Source of the DNA: Aquifex aeolicus VF5
Lineage (GTDB): Bacteria > Aquificota > Aquificia > Aquificales > Aquificaceae
DNA length: 32,000 bases
Reading direction: 5' to 3'
Assembly (NCBI RefSeq): GCF_000008625.1
Contig: NC_000918.1
Coordinates: 1,320,001 to 1,352,000 of the forward strand
Each line of letters begins with the position of its first letter. Within the stretch, counting starts at the first letter, position 1. This document shows, piece after piece, positions 20,752 through 29,090 of this stretch. A program made the translations under genes and the position numbers. Under the pieces are notes generated by a model, which worked only from the letters and a program-made list of their open reading frames with translations, had not been told where the DNA came from and did no database searches.

Positions 20752-22353
20752 TTGTACAAGGTACTGATTACTGACCCGATAGCTCCCGAAGGGATTGAAC
20801 TGCTTCAAAAGGACCCGGAAGTTGAAGTTTACAACGAGCCAGACATTTCCTACGAGGAACTCCTTGAGATTATAAAGGACTTTGACGCAATAATTACGAG
20901 GAGCAGAACGCCCGTAACCAAGGAGCTTCTGGAAAGGGCGGAAAAATTGAAAGTCGTCGGAAGGGCGGGCGTAGGTGTTGACAACGTAGACATAGAGGAG
21001 GCGACAAAGAGGGGAATACTCGTCGTAAACACGCCCGGGGCAAACACGATAGGTGCAACGGAACTCACGATGATGCACATGCTCACGATAATGAGGAACG
21101 GACACAAGGCCCACGAGAGTATGCTCAACTACAAGTGGGACAGAAAGAAGTTCATGGGAGAAGAACTCTACGGAAGAATCCTTGGGATTATAGGGCTCGG
21201 AAACATAGGCTCTCAGGTTGCGATAAGGGCAAAGGCCTTCGGTATGAAGGTGATGGCCTACGACCCTTACATTCCCAGAGAAAAAGCGGAAAAACTGGGA
21301 GTAAAACTCGTGGACAACCTCCACGACATGTTAAGGGAAATAGACGTCCTCACCATTCACGCACCACTCACCCACGAAACAAAGAACATGATAGACGAGA
21401 AAGAGTTTGAAATAATGAAGGACGGCGTTTACATAGTCAACTGCGCGAGAGGAGGGATAATAAACGAGAAGGCTCTCATAAAGTACATGGAGAGCGGAAA
21501 GATAAAGGGAGTGGCTCTGGACGTTTACTCAAAGGAACCCCCACCTCCCGAATTTATAGACGAACTCAAGAGATTAGCGGACAAGGTTAACATATCCCTC
21601 AGTCCCCACATAGGTGCGAACACTTACGAGTCCCAGAGGAACGTTGCGGTAATCGTAGCACAGCAGGTTTTAAAGGCTTTAAAAGGTCAAACCGTGGAGT
21701 ATGCAGTAAACGCACCCTTCCCCGACCTTTCGGTTCTCACACTCATAAAGCCCTACCTAGACCTTGCGGAAAAACTCGGGAAGTTCCTCGTTCAGTGGAC
21801 GGAAGAGGGAATAAGGGAAGTTCACATAGAGGTAAGGGGAGACATAGCGGAATACTTCCAGCCCATATCCTCCGCGGTTTTAAAGGGCATACTGGAAGAA
21901 GTCGTGGACTTTCCCGTAAACATCATTAACGCCTTCTACGTTGCCAAGGACAGGGGAATAAAAGTTGAAGAACTCTCCTCTGAAGAAACTCCCGACTTCA
22001 AGCACTACATAAAAGTAGTGGTAAAGGCTGACGGAAAAGAAAAGGTTGTAGCGGGAACCGTCCTGGAGGGGCAAATCCCAAGGATAACCGAGATTGACAG
22101 ATACAAGGTAGACATAGAACCCGAAGGAATACTTCTCGTTTTTGAAAATAAAGACGTTCCGGGAGTTATAGGAAAGATAGGCTCAATACTCGGAGAGGCT
22201 AACATAAACATAGCGGGCTTCAGACTCGGCAGGGAAAAGAAAGGCGGTATAGCCATAGGAATTCTCAACTTAGACGAACCAGCTTCGGAGGAAGTTCTCA
22301 GCAGAATAAAAGAAATACCCGAAATACTCTTCGTCAAACACATCGTCCTTTGA
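20752..22353 (+). CDS. serA: D-3-phosphoglycerate dehydrogenase, long form with C-terminal ACT domain; TTG start at 20752
   Basis: VGRAGVGVDNVDIEEATKRGILVVNTPGANTIGATEL, ILGIIGLGNIGSQVAIRAKAFGMKVMAYDPY, NCARGGIINEKAL, SPHIGANTYESQRNVA, C-terminal ACT VPGVIGKIGSILGEANINIAGFRLGR; SD ggaggtaaag. Confidence 0.96.
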   Translation: MYKVLITDPIAPEGIELLQKDPEVEVYNEPDISYEELLEIIKDFDAIITRSRTPVTKELLERAEKLKVVGRAGVGVDNVDIEEATKRGILVVNTPGANTIGATELTMMHMLTIMRNGHKAHESMLNYKWDRKKFMGEELYGRILGIIGLGNIGSQVAIRAKAFGMKVMAYDPYIPREKAEKLGVKLVDNLHDMLREIDVLTIHAPLTHETKNMIDEKEFEIMKDGVYIVNCARGGIINEKALIKYMESGKIKGVALDVYSKEPPPPEFIDELKRLADKVNISLSPHIGANTYESQRNVAVIVAQQVLKALKGQTVEYAVNAPFPDLSVLTLIKPYLDLAEKLGKFLVQWTEEGIREVHIEVRGDIAEYFQPISSAVLKGILEEVVDFPVNIINAFYVAKDRGIKVEELSSEETPDFKHYIKVVVKADGKEKVVAGTVLEGQIPRITEIDRYKVDIEPEGILLVFENKDVPGVIGKIGSILGEANINIAGFRLGREKKGGIAIGILNLDEPASEEVLSRIKEIPEILFVKHIVL

Positions 22354-22364
22354 GCTTCCTCCCT

Positions 22365-22370
22365 TATAAT
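22365..22370 (+). promoter_or_regulatory. Candidate -10 (TATAAT) 7 nt upstream of the SD-less pyrE start
   Basis: cctccctTATAATtttgcttATG; no clear -35. Confidence 0.4.
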
Positions 22371-22377
22371 TTTGCTT

Positions 22378-22923
22378 ATGCTCGAAAGGGAAAAGCTCGC
22401 ACGCCTCATAAAAAAACGCTCCCTGAAAGTAGCGGATGAACCCGTGTTTAAACTCTCCTCGGGAAAACTCAGCAGGTACTACGTGGATTTAAAACAGATA
22501 ACCTTTGATCCCGAAGGGGATTACTTAATCGGAAAAGCTATGTACGAACTCGTCAAAGAATTCAACCCTGACGCCTGCGGTGGACTCACTCTCGGTGCAG
22601 ACCCCATAGCCTACGCAATTGCCTTCGTTTCCCTTATGGACTCAAACCCTATAAAACCTTTCGTGGTAAGAAAAGAACCCAAAGGTCACGGTATGAAGAG
22701 GCAGATAGAGGGTCTTTTAAATCCGGGAGAAAGGGTTGCCGTTCTGGAAGACGTGGTAACCACGGGCTCTTCAGCTCTAAAAGCTGTAAAGGCATGTAGA
22801 GAATACGGCCTTGAGGTTATAGGCGTTTTTGCGGTGGTTGACAGGGAAGAGGGAGGCAGGGAAAACATAGAAAAGGAGGGAATACCCCTTTACTCCCTCT
22901 TTAAACTCTCGGAACTCCTTTAG
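22378..22923 (+). CDS. pyrE: Orotate phosphoribosyltransferase (start ATG 22378)
   Basis: FKLSSGKLSRYYVDLKQITFDPEG, PDACGGLTLGADPIAYAIAFVS, FVVRKEPKGHGMKRQIEGLLNPGERVAVLEDVVTTGSSALKAV. Confidence 0.95.
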   Translation: MLEREKLARLIKKRSLKVADEPVFKLSSGKLSRYYVDLKQITFDPEGDYLIGKAMYELVKEFNPDACGGLTLGADPIAYAIAFVSLMDSNPIKPFVVRKEPKGHGMKRQIEGLLNPGERVAVLEDVVTTGSSALKAVKACREYGLEVIGVFAVVDREEGGRENIEKEGIPLYSLFKLSELL

Positions 22924-24032
22924 ATGTAGACCTCTTCCCTCTTTGCGACTTCCACTATTTTGTCGAGGAGTTTTCCAAGTCCCCAGCGTTTTTCTGCGGA
23001 AATCAGTACCGCATCCCCTTCAATAAACGCAGGGTGAGGCAGGTGGTTCATTTCGTTTTCCGTTTCCACGAGCTTGTCCGCTTTGTTGAGGGCGTATATT
23101 ATGGGCTTTTCCTCCGCTCCGAGTTCCTTTAAAACCTCGTTTACAGTGCTCACGTAATCGAGCCAGCCCTCGTCCGATACGTCCACAACGTGGAGTATTA
23201 TGTCCGCTTCCTGAACTTCCTCCAAGGTAGCTTTGAAGCTCTCTATGAGCTCGGGAGGCAGTTTCCTTATAAAACCTACCGTATCCGTAAAGAGAAGCTT
23301 AAAGTCCGGGTATATAACCCTCGCGGAGGTCTTTGTGTCAAGCGTTGCGAAGAGCATGTTAGCCACGTAGGTGTCCTTCTTCGTGAGCGCGTTCATCAAG
23401 GTTGACTTTCCAGCGTTGGTGTAGCCCACTATCGCCACCCTTACTATCCTTTCACCCTTTTCGCTTCTCTCCCTTCTCTTTCTTTGCTCCCTTCTCCTCT
23501 TTTTTATCTCTTCAAGCTCCTTCTTTATCCTGTGGATACGTTTCTTTATGAGCCTTTTCCTAACTTCCGTTTCTTGCTCACCGGGTCCCCTCGTCCCAAG
23601 TCCACCCCCAAGTCTCGAGAGTGCCTTTCCCTTTCCGTGGAGTCTCGGGAGTTCGTGCATGAGCTTTGCGAGTTCCACCTGAAGTTTCGCCTCTTTCGTC
23701 TTAGCTCTCCTTGAGAATATCTCCAAAACTAAATCCGTCCTGTCGAGAACCTTTGCGTTTATGACTTTTTCAAGGTTTGATATCTGAGCGGGGGTGAGGA
23801 AGTCGTCAAACACAACTGTGTCCGCCTTAGTCCCCCTCACTATCTCCCTTATTTCCTGAGCCTTTCCCTGACCTATGTAATACTTCTGATCGGGGAAATT
23901 CCTCTTCTGGAGTATGTAACCGAGGGTCTTTCCGCCGACGGCCTCAACTAGACCCTTAAGTTCTTTAATGGATTCCTTAGAAAACTCCTTTGATATATCT
24001 CTTCCCCAGACTCCTACTAAAACCGCTCTCAT
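22920..24032 (-). CDS. hflX: HflX ribosome-associated GTPase
   Basis: PDQKYYIGQGKAQEI, VVFDDFLTPAQISNLEK, DRTDLVLEIFSRRAKTKEAKLQVELAKL, RLGGGLGTRGPGEQETEVRKRLIKKRI, VGYTNAGKSTLMNALT, TDTVGFIRKLPPELIESFKATLEE. Confidence 0.97.
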   Translation of the reverse strand: MRAVLVGVWGRDISKEFSKESIKELKGLVEAVGGKTLGYILQKRNFPDQKYYIGQGKAQEIREIVRGTKADTVVFDDFLTPAQISNLEKVINAKVLDRTDLVLEIFSRRAKTKEAKLQVELAKLMHELPRLHGKGKALSRLGGGLGTRGPGEQETEVRKRLIKKRIHRIKKELEEIKKRRREQRKRRERSEKGERIVRVAIVGYTNAGKSTLMNALTKKDTYVANMLFATLDTKTSARVIYPDFKLLFTDTVGFIRKLPPELIESFKATLEEVQEADIILHVVDVSDEGWLDYVSTVNEVLKELGAEEKPIIYALNKADKLVETENEMNHLPHPAFIEGDAVLISAEKRWGLGKLLDKIVEVAKREEVYI

Positions 24033-24041
24033 TCAAGAATT

Positions 24042-24069
24042 AATTTAATTTTTACAAGAGTTTTATCAA
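24042..24069 (-). promoter_or_regulatory. Candidate promoter for hflX: TTGATA-16-TAAATT, 9 nt upstream of ATG
   Basis: Minus strand: TTGATAaaactcttgtaaaaatTAAATTaattcttgaATG. Confidence 0.5.
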
Positions 24070-24071
24070 GT

Positions 24072-24287
24072 TCATCCACCCTCTACTATGGTAGAAACCG
24101 CGTGCTTGTAAATCAGGTGAGGCTGTCCTTCAACTTCAAGGAGAATGGTGTACCTGTCGTGGTCGAGAACCTTTCCCACTATCCTGTTTCCCCTCGTTAG
24201 AAATACTGTAATGGTTGTTCCCTGTTGTTTGAACCTGTTTAACAGCTCGTCCTGTATGTTAACTTCCCTTTGTTCCATAGGATACAT
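24072..24287 (-). CDS. hfq: Hfq family (Sm-like) RNA-binding protein, atypical
   Basis: NIQDELLNRFKQQGTTITVFLTRGNRIVGKVLDHDRYTILLEVEGQPHLIYKHAVSTIV: Sm1/Sm2 and YKHAxSTI signature; SD aggagg before ATG 24287; adjacent to hflX as in many bacteria. Confidence 0.88.
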   Translation of the reverse strand: MYPMEQREVNIQDELLNRFKQQGTTITVFLTRGNRIVGKVLDHDRYTILLEVEGQPHLIYKHAVSTIVEGG

Positions 24288-24330
24288 AACTCAAACCTCC
24301 TGAAGATTTAAGAATAAATTATAACTTCCG

Positions 24331-24359
24331 TTGAAGCAAAGTTTTAAGGAATTTAAATT
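24331..24359 (+). promoter_or_regulatory. Candidate promoter: TTGAAG-17-TAAATT, 6 nt upstream of ATG 24366
   Basis: TTGAAGcaaagttttaaggaattTAAATTaagtttATG. Confidence 0.5.
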
Positions 24360-24365
24360 AAGTTT

Positions 24366-25295
24366 ATGCTACGCCTCTGGGAGGAGCTCAACAGAGTAGA
24401 AAACCTTTTCCTGGAACTTTTAGACGACCCAAAGAAAAAGGACGTACTCCTCTACCTCATATGCTACTGCCAGCTCGTGAGGAGAGACGGAGAGTACGAG
24501 GTTGAACTTCCAAAGCTCATAAATTGTGCAGAAAAACCTTACAAGTACATATCGGGAAACTGGCAGGACGTTTTACTTGAGCTCGGAGTCCTTTACCTTA
24601 AGGATAAAAAGGGGAAGGTCTACACGGGGAAAGAGATACTCCTTGTGAAAAATCCAGAGGGCTTTAAGGTGGGAATACTTCCCGATTACAGGGAAGACTT
24701 TTACAAATTCTACACAAAACTCTTGAAGTACTGGTCAGTTCTCAACTCTAGGAGAACACTCGGAAGCAATACTACACCTGACTACTACACGCCCCTTCTC
24801 GTGCACACCTTTAACGAGAAGCTCTTTAAAGAGGCACAGTACTTTTCTGAAATACTCGCTATGAGGTTTCCCAAGGAGAAGAACTTATTCCTCTCGGTTA
24901 AATTAGTTTCAGAGTTTTACAGGGAGTACGCAAAAACGGGAAGGGTTAAAGCGGACAACTTAAACGATGCCATTAATTTCCTCTCCGATACACCCGACGT
25001 TTTTTACTCCGTAAACGTTAAGAAGTTCAAAAAAGATATCAAAAAGTTCTTAGAAAACTTAAACAAGGGTGAGTTTTACTACATCACGATAGAATTTGCA
25101 TCAGAGAACAGAGGGAAAAAGAGGAGTATTTTATCTAAGCTCTGGAACTTTATAAAATCCTTAGGAGGTAAGAGATGGAATTCTCGCAGCTCAGGAATGG
25201 ATTACTACTCTTTCATAGAACACTTGTTGAAAAAGCACAGAAGGCAAATGATGAGGAGCTTAGAGAGCTCTACACCCAGGCTGCAAGGTACTTAA
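24366..25295 (+). CDS. Uncharacterised protein; last ~40 codons overlap the next ORF in a different frame
   Basis: Long open frame of 309 aa, MLRLWEELNRVENLFLELLDDPKKKDVLLYLICYC...; no family recognised. Confidence 0.6.
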   Translation: MLRLWEELNRVENLFLELLDDPKKKDVLLYLICYCQLVRRDGEYEVELPKLINCAEKPYKYISGNWQDVLLELGVLYLKDKKGKVYTGKEILLVKNPEGFKVGILPDYREDFYKFYTKLLKYWSVLNSRRTLGSNTTPDYYTPLLVHTFNEKLFKEAQYFSEILAMRFPKEKNLFLSVKLVSEFYREYAKTGRVKADNLNDAINFLSDTPDVFYSVNVKKFKKDIKKFLENLNKGEFYYITIEFASENRGKKRSILSKLWNFIKSLGGKRWNSRSSGMDYYSFIEHLLKKHRRQMMRSLESSTPRLQGT

Positions 25296-25381
25296 CGGAA
25301 GTTCTAAAAAACCTGGAGGAGTTTGACAAGACCATGAAGAAGATTAAGGAACTGGAGAGTAAAAACTTAAACCCCAATTGA
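25175..25381 (+). CDS. Small predicted coiled-coil protein, unknown function
   Basis: Strong SD ttaggaggtaag before ATG 25175; LLLFHRTLVEKAQKANDEELRELYTQAARYLTEVLKNLEEFDKTMKKIKELESK; stop overlaps the TTG start of the HD gene (TTGA). Confidence 0.65.
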   Translation: MEFSQLRNGLLLFHRTLVEKAQKANDEELRELYTQAARYLTEVLKNLEEFDKTMKKIKELESKNLNPN

Positions 25382-26493
25382 TTAAGGAGTTTTCAGATCC
25401 CCTTTACGGTTTCGTAAGAGTAGGGGAGGCGGGTTTAAGGCTCATAGATTCCTTTCCTTTTCAGAGGCTCAGGTACGTAAAACAGCTCGGACTCGCTTAC
25501 TTAGTATTTCCATCCGCCCAGCACACCCGTTTTGAGCACTCACTCGGGGTTTACCACATAACGGAGAGGATATGCGAAAGCCTGAAAGTAAAGGAAAAGG
25601 AACTCGTTAAACTCGCAGGACTCCTTCACGATCTCGGACATCCACCCTTTTCCCACACCACGGAAGTGCTACTTCCTCGGGAAAGAAGCCACGAGGACTT
25701 TACGGAAAGGGTAATAAAAGAAACGGAGATTTACGAAATATTGAAGCAGGACTACTCCCACGAAGATATAGAAAGACTCGTGAGGATTACCCTTGGGAAA
25801 CCTGAGGACGAGGAAGAAAAACTCCTCAGCGAGATAATCACCGGGGAGTTCGGCTCCGACAGGATGGACTACCTCAGGAGGGACGCCTACTTTTGCGGGG
25901 TATCTTACGGCTTTTTTGATTACGACAGACTAATAAGCACTCTCAGAGTCTATGAGAACAAAGTAGTGGTAGATGAAAGTGGACTGAGAGCCTTAGAGAA
26001 CTTCCTTATCTCCCGTTACTTTATGTATGTTCAGGTTTACTTCCACAAGGTCGTGAGGATACTTAGCATACACCTCGTTGAGTTCCTGAAGAAGCTCATC
26101 TCCCAGGAGGACTTTACGGATATAAACAACTTTCTAAGGTTAAACGACGCTTTTGTAATATCCGAACTCTTCAAAAGGAAAGCATTCAGAGAGGATTTTG
26201 AGAGGATATTCCAGAGGAAGCACTTCAAAACGCTCCTTTCCACGGAGAATTACGAGAAATTCTCAGAAACGAAGGAAAGACTTTTAGAAAAATTCCCGCA
26301 GGAAAAAGTGAGATTTGACGAGGTGGAGAAAGAAGTTTACGGGGGGAATATATACGTTCTCAGTTCAGAAGGACTAAAGAAAGCTCACGAACTCTCCCCG
26401 CTCATTGCTTCCCTCAAACCCATAAAACTTTATAGAATTTACGTAGACAGGCAGTTATGGGAGAAAGCCCGTTCAGAATTAAAACTCTCTTGA
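25378..26493 (+). CDS. HD-domain phosphohydrolase, SAMHD1/dGTPase-related (YwfO-like); TTG start
   Basis: FSDPLYGFVRVGEAGLRLIDSFPFQRLRYVKQLGLAYLVFPSAQHTRFEHSLGVYHI, LAGLLHDLGHPPFSHTTE, ITGEFGSDRMDYLRRDAYFCGVSYGFFDYDRLI. Confidence 0.93.
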   Translation: MIKEFSDPLYGFVRVGEAGLRLIDSFPFQRLRYVKQLGLAYLVFPSAQHTRFEHSLGVYHITERICESLKVKEKELVKLAGLLHDLGHPPFSHTTEVLLPRERSHEDFTERVIKETEIYEILKQDYSHEDIERLVRITLGKPEDEEEKLLSEIITGEFGSDRMDYLRRDAYFCGVSYGFFDYDRLISTLRVYENKVVVDESGLRALENFLISRYFMYVQVYFHKVVRILSIHLVEFLKKLISQEDFTDINNFLRLNDAFVISELFKRKAFREDFERIFQRKHFKTLLSTENYEKFSETKERLLEKFPQEKVRFDEVEKEVYGGNIYVLSSEGLKKAHELSPLIASLKPIKLYRIYVDRQLWEKARSELKLS

Positions 26494-26936
26494 CGTTCTT
26501 TTCCTACACAGCTGTTCTCTTGGGAGGGATTTCCCTCTACGGTGTAGCAGAGGATTTTGTTTACATATTCTTCATCCTCTCCTTTTTCCTCGGACTCGGC
26601 GTCGATCTGAAAGGTTTTCCGAAATTATCAAGACTTTTGTTAAATGCTCTAGGCATTCTCGGAACGTTTTTCTTTTTGAGTTTTATATCTCTCGAAAATC
26701 TAATCACGCCTGTGGCAAACGCTCTTCTCTTTTTAACTGGAATAAAGCTACTGGAAGAAAAAAAGGCGAGGGATTACTACCAGATTACACTTCTAGCTTT
26801 CCTGAGCTCGGCGGTGTCCACTGCGGTAAATCCCGATCCACAGTACTTCTTAATATTCTCACTGGGAAGTGCTTCTCGGAGTTATCCTCTTAATCCTCAT
26901 AAACTTTTACAGGGCTCTGGGAGACAGACCCCTTGA
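26457..26936 (+). CDS. Polytopic membrane protein resembling the N-terminal TM region of TgpA/DUF3488 proteins; probably the 5' part of a gene continued in another frame at 26869
   Basis: Multiple hydrophobic segments; KARDYYQITLLAFLSSAVSTAVNPDPQYFLIF matches the TgpA-type loop; tail after ~26868 (SASRSYPLNPHKLLQGSGRQTP) is non-membrane and protein-like character is lost. Confidence 0.6.
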   Translation: MGESPFRIKTLLTFFSYTAVLLGGISLYGVAEDFVYIFFILSFFLGLGVDLKGFPKLSRLLLNALGILGTFFFLSFISLENLITPVANALLFLTGIKLLEEKKARDYYQITLLAFLSSAVSTAVNPDPQYFLIFSLGSASRSYPLNPHKLLQGSGRQTP

Positions 26937-28326
26937 CAAGGAGTTTATCAAACACCTAACCTTTATTTCTCTCGGTTTTACATTATCGACTTTTGTATTC
27001 TCGTGGTTCTTCTTCGTAATACTTCCCCGCGCTAATCAGCCACTCTTTGACCTCTTTTCACAGAAAAAGGCCGGGCTAATAAGCGGTATATCCGAAGAAG
27101 TTGAACTGGGAAAAGTAGGAGAGATACAGCTAGACAGAACTGTAGTTTTGAGGGTCTTCGGATTAGAGTTTAAAGAAAAACCCTACTGGAGGGTCTCGGT
27201 TCTAGACACATTTACGGGAGAAAAGTGGGTAAAAAGGGTAAAAATCAAAGAGAGTGAACTTACCTTTCCGAGGGGAAAAAAATACACGATAATTCTGGAG
27301 CCAACATACGAGAATTACCTGCCCTTACTCGACTATCCCGTAAAAATCCAGAAAGTGGAGGGAACAAATGAAAAACCAGTCAGGTTCAAAGGAGGCTTTT
27401 ACGAATTTCAAAAACCAGTAACAAAACCCCTCAGGATAACAGCCTACTACAAGGAAGAACCGCCGGGTGATAAGCCCTTGCCCATTTACACCCACCTCCC
27501 TCCCGACATTCCCGAAAGCGTAAGGGATCTCGCAAAGAGATTGCAAAGGGGAGCAAAAAGTAACGAAGAAAAGATAGAGAGGGTAAAGGAGTTTTTCAAA
27601 AACAACGGATTTAAGTACACCTTAAAACTCGAACACGCGGGCGGAAATCCCCTTGAGGAATTTCTCTTTAAAACGAAAAGGGGAAACTGCGAGTACTTTG
27701 CCTCTGCAACTGCGGTACTCCTCAGGTTGATGGACGTTCCTACAAGGCTTGTGAGCGGGTTCTACGGAGCTATGAAGAACGAATACGGGAACTACTACAT
27801 AGTCATCAACGCCATGGCACACGTGTGGGTTGAAGCATACGACGGAAAAAAGTGGGTAAGGGTAGATACTACACCCCCTTACGTTCCAGAGGGAGTAAGG
27901 GAAGTTTCAAAATTAGCACTCTTTTACGATGCCCTCATTACCTTCTGGTACAACAACGTCGTGAATTTCAACACACAAAAGCAGAGAAAGGTGTTTACAG
28001 ATACAGTAAAAACCGTTAAGGAAATTTTAAACGAGATAAAGGAAAATCCCATAATATTGTTCGTTCCAGTAATCGCTTACATACTCTTCTCCCTTGTCAA
28101 GAGTTTCAGAAAAACGCCTGAAAACCTGTACAGAAGGTTACTTCAAAGACTGAAAAAGTACGGCATTCATGCTAAACTGCCCGAAGAAGTGCTGGAAAAA
28201 ACGAAGGGTATGGAGATATATCCTTACGTTAAGTTTGTAGTGAGAACTTACCAGAGGTGGAAGTACTCAAAGGTGAAGGACAAGGAAGAACTCAGGGAAG
28301 CTTATAGGGTTCTTAAGAAAATTTAA
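26869..28326 (+). CDS. Transglutaminase-like (TgpA/DUF3488-type) protein, probable 3' part of the same gene
   Basis: Starts directly in a TM helix VLLGVILLILINFY; second TM; transglutaminase core KTKRGNCEYFASATAVLLRLMDVPTRLVSGFYG ... HVWVEAYDGKKWVRVDTTPP (Cys-His-Asp); C-terminal TM IILFVPVIAYILFSLV. Confidence 0.85.
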   Translation: MLLGVILLILINFYRALGDRPLDKEFIKHLTFISLGFTLSTFVFSWFFFVILPRANQPLFDLFSQKKAGLISGISEEVELGKVGEIQLDRTVVLRVFGLEFKEKPYWRVSVLDTFTGEKWVKRVKIKESELTFPRGKKYTIILEPTYENYLPLLDYPVKIQKVEGTNEKPVRFKGGFYEFQKPVTKPLRITAYYKEEPPGDKPLPIYTHLPPDIPESVRDLAKRLQRGAKSNEEKIERVKEFFKNNGFKYTLKLEHAGGNPLEEFLFKTKRGNCEYFASATAVLLRLMDVPTRLVSGFYGAMKNEYGNYYIVINAMAHVWVEAYDGKKWVRVDTTPPYVPEGVREVSKLALFYDALITFWYNNVVNFNTQKQRKVFTDTVKTVKEILNEIKENPIILFVPVIAYILFSLVKSFRKTPENLYRRLLQRLKKYGIHAKLPEEVLEKTKGMEIYPYVKFVVRTYQRWKYSKVKDKEELREAYRVLKKI

Positions 28327-28375
28327 TAATCTGAATATAAAAGAATACTAAAATTCTGGTAAATTAATAAGAAGG

Positions 28376-28681
28376 ATGATAAGAGAAGAGCTTTTGAGCG
28401 AGGAAAAGCTCGAAGAGCTGGCGGAATTTTTTAAGGCACTTTCCCACCCCGTCAGGTTAAAGATTATAGGAATACTCATTGAGGGAAAGCAGTGCGTTAA
28501 AAACCTGGGAGAACTATTAAACCTTTCCCAGCCCAGCGTTTCTCAGCACCTCTCGATACTCAAGGCACGGGGCATAGTAGGTTGGAAGAGAGAAGGCTCG
28601 ATTATATGCTACTATATTAAAGACGACAGGGTTAAGAAAATCTACGAATTAATTGTAAAGGAGGAAGAACATGGCAGGTAG
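28376..28681 (+). CDS. ArsR/SmtB-family winged-helix transcriptional regulator
   Basis: [70 protein letters not shown]. Confidence 0.92.
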   Translation: MIREELLSEEKLEELAEFFKALSHPVRLKIIGILIEGKQCVKNLGELLNLSQPSVSQHLSILKARGIVGWKREGSIICYYIKDDRVKKIYELIVKEEEHGR

Positions 28682-29090
28682 AGTAATTGAACTTAACGAA
28701 CAAAATTGGGAACAAGAAGTTCTCCAGTCCGATAAACCTGTTCTCGTTGACTTTTGGGCACCATGGTGCGGACCATGCAGGATAATAGCTCCCATAATTG
28801 AAGAAATTGCGGAAGAACTGGGAGACAAAGTAAAGGTAGGAAAGCTCAACACCGACGAAAATCCCAACATAGCAATGAGGTACGGCATCAGGGCTATACC
28901 CACGATAATCCTCTTCAAAAATGGGGAGGTGGTGGATACAAGAATAGGTGTCCAACCAAAAGAACGATTAAACAAATGGTTCTTGAGCACGTTTAATAAT
29001 TTATGGAGGCTCAGGCCGGTTTTGATACCTTTATTGAAGCCACACGTTACCTCTTTCGGGGGCCCTCCCCCCAGGAAATCCTTCTCTTAA
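28671..29090 (+). CDS. trxA: Thioredoxin with apparently aberrant C-terminal extension
   Basis: [28 protein letters not shown]...[46 protein letters not shown]; the last ~30 aa overlap the next gene. Confidence 0.9.

Noticed and set aside
20728-21324. 198-aa minus-strand ORF opposite serA
   Set aside because: Antisense of conserved serA coding; no recognisable domain; high-GC-third-position shadow effect.
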